Assembly: GCA_039189765.1 (NCBI GenBank)
Contig: JBCCYL010000008.1
Coordinates: 1-64,000 of the forward strand
Direction: 5' to 3'
Length of the DNA stretch: 64,000 nucleotides
Source: Cyanobacteria bacterium P01_F01_bin.150
GTDB lineage: Bacteria > Cyanobacteriota > Cyanobacteriia > CAKZMO01
Both the position numbers and the translations under genes were made by a program. Below the pieces are notes generated by a model. It made no database searches and had not been told where the DNA came from. It saw only the letters and a list, made by a program, of their open reading frames with translations. Shown here in pieces: positions 1-10,904 of the stretch. Position 1 is the first letter of the stretch; the number at the start of each line of letters is the position of its first letter.

Positions 1-138
1 TCGAAGATAGTTTTGCAACGTTTTCAGGCTTAAGGACATAGTCTTCATCTGCCACCCTTTTTCGGATAAAAACAGATTGACAGAGAGTGACGTCCCTATT
101 TCTGTATCTTCAGATACATTTCAAATTTGGAATTGCTG
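1..138 (-). mobile_element. Probable end of an insertion sequence (ISNCY-like); a transposase-like ORF starts at 48 on the minus strand and runs off the window
   Basis: The minus strand reads CAGCAATTCCAAATTTGAAATG... from 138, then a purine-rich AAGGGTGG before an ATG at 48 (MKTMSLSLKTLQNYLR...). TauE similarity of the plus-strand ORF appears to begin only after ~138. The family call is from recalled resemblance, not a search. Confidence 0.5.
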
Positions 139-755
139 CCTGTCACAAGCTAGCGGTTGGATTTATTGGGATTGGTAGTGGCTACCGCTACATGCAAGAA
201 AAGTTGATCGATTGGAAAGTGTTTTGGTGGACGGGTATTACTGGCGTACCCTTTGTCATTTCAGGTACATGGTTTGCGTCATATTTGTCAGGCGATCGCA
301 TGAAGCCAATCTTAGGAGTCATCATTTTAATTATGGTTGCTTTATCATATCTGAGGAAAACGGACCATTTAGAGCATCAACCACGCATAATGCCGCGTAA
401 GGGATGGATGGTGGCCTCACTTATGCTGATCCCGATGGCATTCTATAGCGGCTGGATTTCCGTTGCTGCGGGAATTTTTACGACCTATCTCTACATCCTC
501 TATTTTCGATATGATCAGCTCCATGCCACAGCTATGACGCTATCCGCTAACGGCATTTTCTGGAATATGATGGGCGCGATCGCCCACATATTCTTCGGAC
601 ATGTTGTCTGGCCCCTCGCCCCAGGACTCGTAGCCGGAGCACTGATGGGAAGTTATTGTGGAGCTAGCTTAGGAATTCAAAAAGGCAACCGTTTCCTGAG
701 GCTTATCTTTCTCTCGGCTGCAACGATAACTGGTGCTTTGCTCCTGATAAGATGA
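139..755 (+). pseudogene. Sulfite exporter TauE/SafE family membrane protein, 5'-truncated
   Basis: Hydrophobic multi-TM ORF with TauE-like segments (ACHKLAVGF, GALMGSYCGASLG..KGNRFLR). It lacks the usual N-terminal GxxGGG helix, and the first 17 aa of ORF 87..755 fall in the putative IS end. Confidence 0.6.
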
Positions 756-782
756 GACTAATCCATCGTAACTAGATTGAAA

Positions 783-1172
783 TGGAGCTGACGGGAGTCG
801 AACCCGTGTCCGCCCTGGGTATTAGTACTCCGCTCATTCACAGGCTTAGTCTCCATTACCCCAGAGACGGGGACTGTTCATTATCCCGAACAGTAGGATG
901 CCTTGGTAGATTCTTAGCGTTGTAAATGACCAAGGGCATTTACAACGAGCATCCGTTGGGGTTTTGTCTACTGACCTTAACGGAGTCAATCAGAAGACGC
1001 TCGAGGTTTGTTTCCTAATTAAGCAACTGCAACAGGTGCAGACTTACGAGCAAAAGGAACGATGTTATTCGCACTTACATTTGTTTTGAGTCTTTGATTT
1101 ACGAGAGGAGACTCACTCTCGGCCTGAATCACAAGGTAGTGTTCGCCAAAACGTCGAAACCGTTACAGCCCC
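783..1172 (-). ncRNA. ssrA: tmRNA
   Basis: Minus strand begins GGGGCTGTAACGGTTTCGAC and ends GGGTTCGACTCCCGTCAGCTCCA (Ala acceptor stem, T arm; CCA not encoded). Tag reading frame 1072..1019 = ANNIVPFARKSAPVAVA*. Confidence 0.98.
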
Positions 1173-1310
1173 TAGACTGTTTTCTTACGCTTATAGTGTA
1201 GTACCTTATTATAGCTTTCATCCTTGAGATCATCGACTAGACCTAGAAAAATTTTAAGAATTGAACTCTCCCTAACTCCATCACTAGGCCCTTAATACCT
1301 TAACCAATTC

Positions 1311-3857
1311 TTAGGCTGAGTCTAACCATTTAGCTTCGTGGTACAGCAAAGCTTCAGCATCTTCAGCGGGCAATGGTCTGGCAAAATAATAGCCTTGGCC
1401 ATATTCACAACTCAATGTTGTTAGTTTCTGAGCTTGCTCAGCCGTTTCAATTCCTTCCGCAATGACATCCATTCCAAGATGATGCCCAAGGGTAATAATT
1501 GTCTCAACGATAGCATGATCTTCTCCCAAATCATCAATATTCATAACAAAGGATCGATCCACCTTGAGAGTGTCTATGGGAAAACGGTGTAGATAGCTCA
1601 AGGAAGAATAGCCTGTCCCAAAATCATCAATGCTAATTTTCAAATTGAGTCGTTTCATCTGATTGAGCGTATCGATAACGGAGGAAACATCATCCATCAA
1701 AATACTCTCAGTCAGTTCCAGTTTTAGATACTCTCCTGGCAAACCTGTTCTTTTGAGAGTTTGTTCAATGTGATGAACCAAGTTGGGTTGGGTAAACTGC
1801 CGACCCGACAGATTAACGCTAATGATAGGAGGAGACTTTAGTTTAAATTGAGCATGCCAACGCTGCATCTGTTGGCATGCTTCCTGCAGAATCCATTGAC
1901 CAATAGGAATAATCAGATCAGTATCCTCAGCAACTGGAATAAATTTGCCAGGAGGAACTAATCCATGTTCTGGATGTTGCCAACGAATTAACGCCTCAAA
2001 CCCAGCAATTTTTCCAGTCTTAAGAGATATAAATGGCTGATAGTACGTCAATAACTCTTGACGCTCAATGGCATGGCGTAGGTCAGCTTCTGTTTGAAAG
2101 TGAGCAATAATATTGAGACGCATATTGCTGGTAAACACTTCAATATGATTTTTGCCCCGGGCTTTCGCTTGATGAGTTGCAGTTTGTGCATCACGCAACA
2201 ATTCTCCCGCACTAATCTCAGTATCACATGGCTGTAAAGCGATCCCAATACTGGCTGATGTCACTATCTCTTGCTCATCAAGCTTTAGAGGTTTTTGAAT
2301 AGCCGTTTGCAATGTACGTGCAATCGAAACCGCAGCAGCATCATGAGCTAAATTACTTACTCGAATCGCAAACTTATCACCAACGAATCGAGAAATGTGA
2401 CTATTAGACGGCAAAACGTCTTTAAAGCGAGCTGTTAGCACTAGCAGAAGATAATCACCTTGCTCATGCCCTAAACTTTCATTAATACGTTTAAATCCAT
2501 CTAAATCTACAAAGAAAATCGCTATATACGTCGCTTGCTTCTGCCGATAAGACGTTCGCAATGCTCGCTCTACTATCTTCAAAAATAATGTCTTTTGAGG
2601 CAAACCCGTCAACGTGTCATATAGCAGCTTATACAGGGCTTTATAGCTAAACACCAATCCACCCGTTGAACCTAAGGTCAGAACGGCAGGCCACACAGGC
2701 ACCCAAGCAGCATTTAAAAAAAGAAGATAGCTCCCACTCACTAAACCCAACACAGAAACAGCCAGCCCAACACTAATCCATGCAGGATGGCGAATAATCC
2801 AAGCAATCGTTCCTCCCCAGATAGCCCAACCTAGCATCCATAAAGCTTCTAACCAATCGGGGAAAAACCAGAATAACTGTTCCTGTTCTAAAACAGCACG
2901 TAGGATCTGGCCAGTAAGGTGTGCATGAACTAAGACCCCTGGCATGGAAGTTCTCTCAGCACGATTGGTGATGTGAGGGGTCAGAAATACATCTTTAATG
3001 CTAGGGGCAACAGTGCCAATGATGACAATCTTGTCTTTAATCCACATTGGATCAACTTCATCATTGAGAATCTGATTTAATGTTACTTGCCTTGATGGCC
3101 TTAGATTGCTACGGTAGCGGGCAAGAATCTGGAAACCCTTTATGTCCGGATCTGTATAGCTCCCTGATGTTTTATCTAGGTCAGGAAATAAGGTCAAACC
3201 TAAGGCCATTCCCTTCTCATGAAACGTGAGGGGAAGATTGAGATCATTAAGATAAGCCATACTAAGCAGTAGAGAAAAGGAATAGCGATACTGGTTATTC
3301 CCAAAATCTACTGCAATTAAATTTCGACGCAAAACCTGATCATCATCCTGGACAAAATTATTAAAGCCAACTCGCTCAGCAGGAACTGAATCCGGAGCAG
3401 GCACGGCATTGGAACCACCCAGTTTTTCAATAACAATAATGTTGTCTGCTTCCAACTGTAAACGCAAATTCTCCTGTCCCGGAGGATGGGCAATGTTGCG
3501 GTACAAATCCAATCCAATCACCTTGGGGTTGTGACGCTGCAACTGAGCCAGCAAATCCGCCATGACATTGTCAGGCATCGGCCAATTGTCTTGTGCATCA
3601 ATATCCGCCTCTCCAATGCCGACCACCAATATACGATCATCCAAGCCTATTGCTGGCTGATGCTGCACCATCTGATCAAAGGCATCAAATTCTAAGGACT
3701 TTAATACTCCTAGAACTCGAATGCTCCAAACCGCACTCGTAACCGCCGCCGCAATCAGAAGAACTACCTGTCCATATTCTCGAAAAGCCTTGCCACGAGT
3801 GCGCATCTGACCGATCTTCAATGAGCCCGATGATCGTTGTGTAGGACGAATTCGCAT
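1311..3857 (-). CDS. CHASE2-TM-GGDEF(degenerate)-EAL protein, likely c-di-GMP phosphodiesterase
   Basis: CHASE2 motifs (DDRILVVGIGEADI, PKVIGLDLYR, MPGVLVHAH), three TM helices, GGDEF site reads VGDKF, EAL domain with FEALIRW, DDFGTGYSS and AEGIET. The start may be 3806. Confidence 0.93.
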   Translation of the reverse strand: MRIRPTQRSSGSLKIGQMRTRGKAFREYGQVVLLIAAAVTSAVWSIRVLGVLKSLEFDAFDQMVQHQPAIGLDDRILVVGIGEADIDAQDNWPMPDNVMADLLAQLQRHNPKVIGLDLYRNIAHPPGQENLRLQLEADNIIVIEKLGGSNAVPAPDSVPAERVGFNNFVQDDDQVLRRNLIAVDFGNNQYRYSFSLLLSMAYLNDLNLPLTFHEKGMALGLTLFPDLDKTSGSYTDPDIKGFQILARYRSNLRPSRQVTLNQILNDEVDPMWIKDKIVIIGTVAPSIKDVFLTPHITNRAERTSMPGVLVHAHLTGQILRAVLEQEQLFWFFPDWLEALWMLGWAIWGGTIAWIIRHPAWISVGLAVSVLGLVSGSYLLFLNAAWVPVWPAVLTLGSTGGLVFSYKALYKLLYDTLTGLPQKTLFLKIVERALRTSYRQKQATYIAIFFVDLDGFKRINESLGHEQGDYLLLVLTARFKDVLPSNSHISRFVGDKFAIRVSNLAHDAAAVSIARTLQTAIQKPLKLDEQEIVTSASIGIALQPCDTEISAGELLRDAQTATHQAKARGKNHIEVFTSNMRLNIIAHFQTEADLRHAIERQELLTYYQPFISLKTGKIAGFEALIRWQHPEHGLVPPGKFIPVAEDTDLIIPIGQWILQEACQQMQRWHAQFKLKSPPIISVNLSGRQFTQPNLVHHIEQTLKRTGLPGEYLKLELTESILMDDVSSVIDTLNQMKRLNLKISIDDFGTGYSSLSYLHRFPIDTLKVDRSFVMNIDDLGEDHAIVETIITLGHHLGMDVIAEGIETAEQAQKLTTLSCEYGQGYYFARPLPAEDAEALLYHEAKWLDSA

Positions 3858-3979
3858 AAAGATTGATGGAAAGCAACAAATAAATATTGCAAAACTCCAT
3901 CCATCTTAAATATGGAGCTTTAGCAAGTTGGTTTATCCACTCTAGCGTTGCTTTGCAACAGCATGAGATACAAAGATTA

Positions 3980-4738
3980 TTACAGTGCAGGAGGAATAGT
4001 CACTTGAGATGCGGTTGTAAAATTCAAAGACACTGGTGCTGGGCTAATAGTTTGAACCACTGAGTTCCACATATCTAAACGACTTTCTGTAGTATTACTC
4101 ATTCGGGGAGAATTCATGAGCAAAAGAACAGCCTCTGACCAGAGTCCCTCTTGAATATACAGGTTCGCCTGTTCAACAGGAGACACCGAATTGATTGCAT
4201 CAGTGAAAGACGACGAAAGACTTGTTGTTTGCACCCAACCATCAACAGAGAGATCGGCAGCGCGATCATCGGGACAAATTAGAGAGAAAAACCATCTGTA
4301 ATTTTTTTCTAAATCTAATTTACCTTTTTCAACCATCAAGTTTAGATTGACTCCCAGCAAACCGGAACGCTCGGCAACCGAAAAACTAGTATCTATTACT
4401 ACAGCATTGGTTTCATCGTAGACAATCAGCTCTGCGTTCGTAAGGATGTCAGAATCTGGCAAATAAAACCATAAAGTTGTCTGCGCTTCAGTAGTCTTCA
4501 AAACATGGTTTCCAGGGACAAAAGCTAATAGAGGTTCCTGGCTATTGCAGGCAGAGCCACTCCGTGAGCCACCGCCTACCGTTCCCTCAGGCAATCCCTG
4601 ATTTGCATCAGTGCCATTTGCATGAACTATTGAGGGCAAGCTGAGCGATGATAATGTCCAGAGAGACATCATGCTCAGAAATGTGAATATCCGATCTTGC
4701 AGTTGATAGTGTTTCATCATTAAATGTCCTGATCTCAT
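3980..4738 (-). CDS. DUF928 domain exported protein
   Basis: Signal-peptide-like N-terminus, GGGSRSG..C motif, TLWFYLP, YRWFFSLIC, VDGWVQ, LYIQEGLW; sits between CHAT and CHASE2 genes. Confidence 0.88.
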   Translation of the reverse strand: MRSGHLMMKHYQLQDRIFTFLSMMSLWTLSSLSLPSIVHANGTDANQGLPEGTVGGGSRSGSACNSQEPLLAFVPGNHVLKTTEAQTTLWFYLPDSDILTNAELIVYDETNAVVIDTSFSVAERSGLLGVNLNLMVEKGKLDLEKNYRWFFSLICPDDRAADLSVDGWVQTTSLSSSFTDAINSVSPVEQANLYIQEGLWSEAVLLLMNSPRMSNTTESRLDMWNSVVQTISPAPVSLNFTTASQVTIPPAL

Positions 4739-5181
4739 TAACCATTAATAGACACAATGAAGAATAAACGGTTGCTCCCACACATATCTTCTTAGCCCTA
4801 TTGCAACATAAGAGATTGCGTGTTGTTATCTCTCCCCATAGGTTTCCCTAACCACCTATTGTAAGCGACACAAACTGAACACTCGATTTAATTCTCAATG
4901 TTATGTAGTGACGCCATAATTGATTTCTGGATCGTCAGCTTGATCTATTCTGACGTAAATTGTTTAAAATACCTACCGAGAATGTAACATTTTTATCGCA
5001 GTTTTCATCAAATCAACATAAATTTGTTCCTTATCATCACTCTCATCGTTTCTACTAACGCGTAAAATTGGATGAAGCATCAGTATTTTCATAGGATCTC
5101 TGCGGCTCTTGACATTTCTCCAAGAAATAAATAATTTCACTAACACTCTTCGTCTTTTTTAAATTTGAATAATACTTCACT

Positions 5182-5261
5182 GGCTTATAACTAAGCCAGG
5201 AAAGATTTAGCAGTGTTGTGGGGCGCTCTGTACCCCACAACACCGCCTTAAAATACAGACC
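5182..5261 (+). repeat. ~80-bp nested-hairpin dispersed repeat, subtype B
   Basis: GGCTTATAACTAAG..GAAAGATTTAGCA-[GTGTTGTGGGG..CCCCACAACAC]-CGCCTTAAAATACAGACC; aligns with the copies at 31932, 48922, 49542 and 54468. Confidence 0.8.
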
Positions 5262-5566
5262 TTTCACATACCGTTCCCAAATTCATATGGAGCTTCAATT
5301 TTTTCTCTTCTAGATGGTAAGAAGCTTTCTTTTATACTAGGGGAGATGGCGATTGTGCGATCAGTTCATGACATGTAAGAAGGTAGATAGATTAACGATA
5401 TAGACGCTAGCTAGTGCATCTTCTTCTGTTTTTACGATGATTTGCTTGAAAACAGGGAATTCTTAGAGGACGAGCGTTTAAACGCTATCTCATAAAAAGC
5501 TGAGTTATGCTCAATATGCTCAAGTCGTCTTTGTTCGCCGTTACGGGCTAAATTAAGTCGTTCGTT

Positions 5567-8188
5567 ATGCTGCAATACTCTTGGAGACGCTATCTTCTGC
5601 ATTTCTTATGTGGGTTAAGTCTCATATTAATTACGATTGTTCTACCATCAACGTCTCTCTCTCACAGATTGACTCCCACACCAGCAATCAGAGAAGTGAA
5701 AACACTCTCTGCTATAACCTCTGGTTTTGAAGCTCTCCAAGCTGAACGTTTGGGAAAAAAGATGTACCAGCAAAGACAATATTTTCCTGCACTTGAACAG
5801 TGGCAATCTGCAGCTAATTTTTATCGTCAATCGAATTTGTATTTACATCAAGCCCGTGTCCTTAACAACATTTCACTTGTTTATCAAGCACTTGGGGATT
5901 GGCCTAAGGCAACTTCATTTATCAGACAAAGCCTAGATCTTTTAGGTCAAGATTTTGCCGAGACAGACTTAGAAAGTCACCACCGTAGCTTAGCCCAAGC
6001 ATTAAATACTCAGGCAAGTTTGTGGTTTGCTATTGGACGTACGCAAGATGCACTAACAACCTGGGAAGAGGCGATCGCCACCTATACCTCCATTAGCGAT
6101 GAGACTGGCATTCTTCGAGCACGCATCAATAAAGCCCAAGCGATGCAGGAATTAGGGCATCATCGTCAAGCAATTGAATTTCTCACAAACCTTAGTCATG
6201 ACTTAGAGCTTAGTCAACCCCAATCCTCCCTCCAAGCTACAGTCCTTCGACACCTTGGTAATACCCTCCGGTTAATTGGAGAGCAAACTAAGACGCAAGA
6301 AGTTTTAACGGAAGCGTTATCATTTGCAACAAGAGATAATAACGTCACTGAAATCCCAGCGATTCTATTCAGCCTAGGCCAAACAGCACAGGCTCAAAAA
6401 CAATGGGAGTTGGCCTTCGATTACTATGAGCAAACACTGTCCTATGATGTGGATTCATTTCTCAAAATCCAGGTACAGCTTGCTCAGATTCGCGTTTTAC
6501 TGGGAATGGAACAATGGAATAAAAGCGAGCAGTTATGGCGTCAAGCTTCTCGTCATCTGTCTTCTCTTCCCCATCAACGCAGTACAGTTTACGCCTATAT
6601 TGGTTTATCCCAACAACTGACCGAACTCATTCCTCATTACCGAACTCTTCCACTATCAAGCCTGGAAGGATGGGCAAACTGTATTCAGTTGTTGACGGAT
6701 GCCATCCACATTGCTCAAGAAATTGGCGATCATCGAGCAGAAACTTATGCCCTAGGATATTTAGGCCACGTCTACGAAGAAACGCAGCAATGGCCTTTGG
6801 CCCAACAGCTTACTCATCAAGCTCTACTTGTTGCTCAACAGTATAAAGAAGAAGACATCGAATATCGATGGCAATGGCAGCTGGGCCGAATTCTAAAAGC
6901 AGATCAGGATCAAGAAGGAGCAATAGCTGCATATAGTGAAGCAGTAAATCATTTAGGGTTATTACGAGGAGATTTAGTTGCTACCAGCTCTGAAGAACAA
7001 TTTCGATTTCAGGAAGAAGTAGAGCCTGTCTATCGTGAACTGGTGGGTCTTTTGCTAACTCCAAGAGAGGATGGCACTATCCCCCAAGCGTATCTCAGCC
7101 AAGCTAGAAACGTAATGGAAGCGTTTCAGATTGCGGAATTAGATAATTTCTTCAAAGAAGCTTGTTTAGATGACTCTCAGTTTCACATCGGCCAAGTCGA
7201 TAAAAACTCAGCAGTAATTTATCCAATCATTTTGGACGATCGCCTTGACGTTATTGTTAGTGTTCCGAATCAACCTTTTTATCATTCGTCCATCACCGTA
7301 GAACAAGATAAACTCTACGACTTTATCAGTATTCTGAGAGACAACCTAGTGATCAGAAGTCGGATGAACTTTTTGCCCCAAGTACAGCAGCTATATGACT
7401 GGATGCTGCGTCCTCTGGAAAATGTGTTCCAACAAAATGAGATTAAAACTTTAGTCTTTGTTTTAGATGGACCATTACGGCAAATTCCCATGAGTGTCTT
7501 ACATGATGGAAACCATTATTTAATCGAGTCCTATCAAGTTGCCATTGCTCCAGGGCTGACCTTACTAGACACTCAAACATACGACCATGAAGAGTGGAGA
7601 GGAATTTTAGCTGGACTGAGTCAGGCCAGACATGGATTTAGTCCCCTTAGCTATGTCAAGCGCGAATTAAAATCCATTCGTCAAAGCCTCAACAGCACAC
7701 TTCTACTAGATGAAGCATTTACTAGCCAGTCTTTACAACAGAAAGTACAAACAAAGTCGGCCCCTCTTATTCACATTGCATCCCATGGACAATTTGGATC
7801 CAATCCAGAAGAGACCTTTATCCTGACCTGGGACCAACATCTAAATATTCGACAACTACAGCATATTCTTCAAACAAATGTCCCCAATACAACTAACCTA
7901 GAACTCTTAGTTTTAAGTGCTTGTGAAACTGCGACAGGCGATCCTAAAGCTCCTCTCGGCCTTGCGGGTATGGCAGTGAGAGCAGGCGCACGCAGCACCC
8001 TGGCAACCCTTTGGGCCGTCAATGATGGTGTTACCGCACAATTTATGGACCACTTTTATCAATATCTAGCAGATGGCATGCCTAAGGCTGAGGCTTTAAG
8101 ACAAACACAGCTCTGGATTTTAAATTCTAGACGCCATCAGCATCCCATATACTGGGCACCCTATATCCTGATTGGGAACTGGACCTAA
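5567..8188 (+). CDS. TPR + CHAT (caspase-like protease) domain protein with signal peptide
   Basis: N-terminal hydrophobic segment, TPR repeats, CHAT motifs HIASHGQF and LVLSACETA, C-terminal HPIYWAPYILIGNW. Confidence 0.93.
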   Translation: MLQYSWRRYLLHFLCGLSLILITIVLPSTSLSHRLTPTPAIREVKTLSAITSGFEALQAERLGKKMYQQRQYFPALEQWQSAANFYRQSNLYLHQARVLNNISLVYQALGDWPKATSFIRQSLDLLGQDFAETDLESHHRSLAQALNTQASLWFAIGRTQDALTTWEEAIATYTSISDETGILRARINKAQAMQELGHHRQAIEFLTNLSHDLELSQPQSSLQATVLRHLGNTLRLIGEQTKTQEVLTEALSFATRDNNVTEIPAILFSLGQTAQAQKQWELAFDYYEQTLSYDVDSFLKIQVQLAQIRVLLGMEQWNKSEQLWRQASRHLSSLPHQRSTVYAYIGLSQQLTELIPHYRTLPLSSLEGWANCIQLLTDAIHIAQEIGDHRAETYALGYLGHVYEETQQWPLAQQLTHQALLVAQQYKEEDIEYRWQWQLGRILKADQDQEGAIAAYSEAVNHLGLLRGDLVATSSEEQFRFQEEVEPVYRELVGLLLTPREDGTIPQAYLSQARNVMEAFQIAELDNFFKEACLDDSQFHIGQVDKNSAVIYPIILDDRLDVIVSVPNQPFYHSSITVEQDKLYDFISILRDNLVIRSRMNFLPQVQQLYDWMLRPLENVFQQNEIKTLVFVLDGPLRQIPMSVLHDGNHYLIESYQVAIAPGLTLLDTQTYDHEEWRGILAGLSQARHGFSPLSYVKRELKSIRQSLNSTLLLDEAFTSQSLQQKVQTKSAPLIHIASHGQFGSNPEETFILTWDQHLNIRQLQHILQTNVPNTTNLELLVLSACETATGDPKAPLGLAGMAVRAGARSTLATLWAVNDGVTAQFMDHFYQYLADGMPKAEALRQTQLWILNSRRHQHPIYWAPYILIGNWT

Positions 8189-8206
8189 GTGCTATAGGCG
8201 CAAAGA

Positions 8207-9556
8207 TTAGGCTAGGGATGATCTAAGATTTTCCAAATAGTTTATTAAAGCGATCGCCACTGTCACACTACCGGCAAAAACCAGCCAAACGTTAGATCCA
8301 ATGACATCAGGATGATCCAATGACCAACCACCAAAGGCAGGGCCAAGCATATAGCCCAATGCCCAGCATTGCGAGTCTAGAGAAAAATAAATCCCTCTCA
8401 AATGAGCCGGAGCCATTTGTCCTACAACACCAGACGCAGTAGGGCCGTACAACATTTCTCCCATACCCACCAAGGTGAAGGCAATCAACATGAGGGCAAC
8501 CACACTCAGTACATTGAAGGGTAAATCATTCCCAACGAGCCAAATAAACCCAAAACTAACCATCCAACATCCCAAGGCACTCATAAGAACATTAGCATCA
8601 GTAAACCGTTTGACCCATCGAGTGATGGGTAGCTGTAGAGAAATTTTTAACAGCGAATGCCACACAAAAAAGTAACTAATCCATTGCTCTGAGAACCCTA
8701 TATTCGCATTACCGCTGGGAATAAAATTAGCAAGGTAGAGGGGTAAGGTGCTGCTGAGTTGGGCCGTATAGGTCGTGACAAAAATATTAGCCAAAATATA
8801 GATAAGAAAAGGGCTATCTTGTATCACCTGTCCCCATTTTTTTAAGGCTGTCTCAGCAGCTTGTCCTTCAAAACTATTAATGCTTGTAGTACCATCTGCA
8901 AGGCTACCTTTAGAATCGGATTGAAATGATGTAGAAGAAATTTGAGCATGCAGGGTTTCAGCAATCGAAACATACACAACAATGCCACAAATCAAGTAAG
9001 CAGCGCTTTTACCCAAAAATAGAGCCTGATAGCTGCCTGATATGGCCATATACTGTCCGGCTAAAAAAGCACCTAACCCCAGGCCCAAATTGTCTGATAG
9101 GCGAGCTAAAGCAAAGGCTTCTGTGCAATTTTTTTCAGTCGTTAAATCGGTAGTGACGGCCATTGTTGCAGGCCAAAAAAGACTCAATCCGACTCCTAAA
9201 AGAAGATTACCGGCCACTAGCAGGGGAAATGTTGTGGCAAAAGCAAGGCAGCAGCAGGCGATCGCAGCAATGATAGTGGAGAGAAACAAAATATTACGGC
9301 GACCAACCTTGGGCGAGTCAATAGCACTGCCAGCCCAAAAGCGACCCACAATACCAGATAGCCCTGAGCTGCCTAACGCTAAACCCACCTGAGTCGCAGA
9401 AAACCCCAGCTCATTAACAAAATATATAGAGGCGTAAACCATCGTAAAGCCTTGGCCAATAAAGAGTAGAAGCTGGCCTACGGATAAAATCCATACTTCT
9501 TTGGGAAGATCAGGAACCCATTCCCATCCCTGCCTTACTGATGATGACTGCGTCAT
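8207..9556 (-). CDS. MFS transporter
   Basis: About 12 TM helices; MFS motif A-like GSAIDSPKVGRRN; APAHLRGIY. Confidence 0.9.
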   Translation of the reverse strand: MTQSSSVRQGWEWVPDLPKEVWILSVGQLLLFIGQGFTMVYASIYFVNELGFSATQVGLALGSSGLSGIVGRFWAGSAIDSPKVGRRNILFLSTIIAAIACCCLAFATTFPLLVAGNLLLGVGLSLFWPATMAVTTDLTTEKNCTEAFALARLSDNLGLGLGAFLAGQYMAISGSYQALFLGKSAAYLICGIVVYVSIAETLHAQISSTSFQSDSKGSLADGTTSINSFEGQAAETALKKWGQVIQDSPFLIYILANIFVTTYTAQLSSTLPLYLANFIPSGNANIGFSEQWISYFFVWHSLLKISLQLPITRWVKRFTDANVLMSALGCWMVSFGFIWLVGNDLPFNVLSVVALMLIAFTLVGMGEMLYGPTASGVVGQMAPAHLRGIYFSLDSQCWALGYMLGPAFGGWSLDHPDVIGSNVWLVFAGSVTVAIALINYLENLRSSLA

Positions 9557-9661
9557 ATGTCCGTCCACTTAATATTTCTTTTCATTTATTGTAATGGAGA
9601 GGGCAGGCATACAAATCCCATAGAGATTGATCCCCAGGAGCACTCAATCAGTAAACTGCAT

Positions 9662-10585
9662 TTACTCTATATCTAAGGCTAAAGTGCTGTGCATTTGCAG
9701 TGCAGAAGCCCATACTCGATAACCATCATCATTCAGATGAAGGCCGTCAGTCGTTAAATCTACTCGGAGATTTCCATTTGAATCGCGGAACATGGGTTGG
9801 AGATCCAAATACTCAACATTAGAGGTTTCAGCGATGTCACGCAGGCGCTGGTTTAGAGATTGAATGCGTTCATTAGAAATGGCCAGCAGTGACTCTTTCC
9901 CCTCCCATGTGATGCGATCACCAGCATGGGGAAGAATAGTCTGCACAACAATGGTTGCTTCAGGGTGCATTTCTTGAAGATCTTGAATAATTTGTTGCTG
10001 ATTCGCCAAGAGTGTTTCATCACTCACGTTTCTTAGAAGATCATTGATGCCAATCATCAAATAAATAATCTTGGGCTTTGTTTCAGAAATCAGCCCCAAG
10101 CGATTGATCAAACCTACAGTCCCTTCTCCAGATATACCTTGGTTTAACCAGGTTGATCCATTGGGGAGTAATTCATGGGGAAACCATAGGCTAATAGAAT
10201 CACCAAGAAGAATATTGAGGTTTTCTGGAGCAGTACCAGCCACTGCGCCTGCTTCTCGCTCAAGTTGACTCACCCATTCGTCATAGTTCCATTTGTGGCG
10301 GGGGTTATCTTGAAAGTCGTTCGTATCTTCTCCTTGATTGCTATCAATCCACTGCGAGGGTGGAGTTTGCTCGTAAGGAATTGCCTCATTTGCTGTGGCA
10401 AACGCAGAGAAGAAGGAAAAGAAGGGGCGATCGCGGAGACTCAAACCTACTAAACCAGCCAAGACTACATTTAGGAGCACAGAAACAAAAAACCAGGGCG
10501 AAAAGCTATACCTCCGAGGAGGACGAACAGAAAATTCTTTAGAGCGAATAGCTGAACGACGTCGATGGTAGAAGGAACTGCTCAT
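9662..10585 (-). CDS. SGNH/GDSL hydrolase with N-terminal membrane anchor
   Basis: LGDSIS, NQGISG, MIGINDL and DGLHL blocks. Confidence 0.92.
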   Translation of the reverse strand: MSSSFYHRRRSAIRSKEFSVRPPRRYSFSPWFFVSVLLNVVLAGLVGLSLRDRPFFSFFSAFATANEAIPYEQTPPSQWIDSNQGEDTNDFQDNPRHKWNYDEWVSQLEREAGAVAGTAPENLNILLGDSISLWFPHELLPNGSTWLNQGISGEGTVGLINRLGLISETKPKIIYLMIGINDLLRNVSDETLLANQQQIIQDLQEMHPEATIVVQTILPHAGDRITWEGKESLLAISNERIQSLNQRLRDIAETSNVEYLDLQPMFRDSNGNLRVDLTTDGLHLNDDGYRVWASALQMHSTLALDIE

Positions 10586-10780
10586 AATTTTTATGGGTTA
10601 TATCAATGTCGCAACACTGTTGTAAAAGCAAGCCGTATCTAAAAACGCTTGTGCATGCTTGAAATCAAACAGATGCACTACTTTACACCATATAAAAGGC
10701 ATAATAACTCAACACTCTTTATGCCTCAATACAATACAACATAGTCATTTCAAGCAAGTATGCAGCTAGTCAGATAAAAA

Positions 10781-10814
10781 AATGTCCAGGGTGACTCTTT
10801 TCACCCTGAACATT
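10781..10814 (-). terminator. Intrinsic terminator downstream of amt
   Basis: AATGTCCAGGGTGA-ctcttt-TCACCCTGAACATT stem; an A-run on its left gives a U-tail on the minus strand. Confidence 0.7.
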
Positions 10815-10904
10815 TACGCTTTACAGAAGCAAACAATAAAGGTACGAAACAAAATCCAGCTCAGCTACTCACCAAAGAACTTTAGATTTTGCATGCAGTC
10901 AGCA

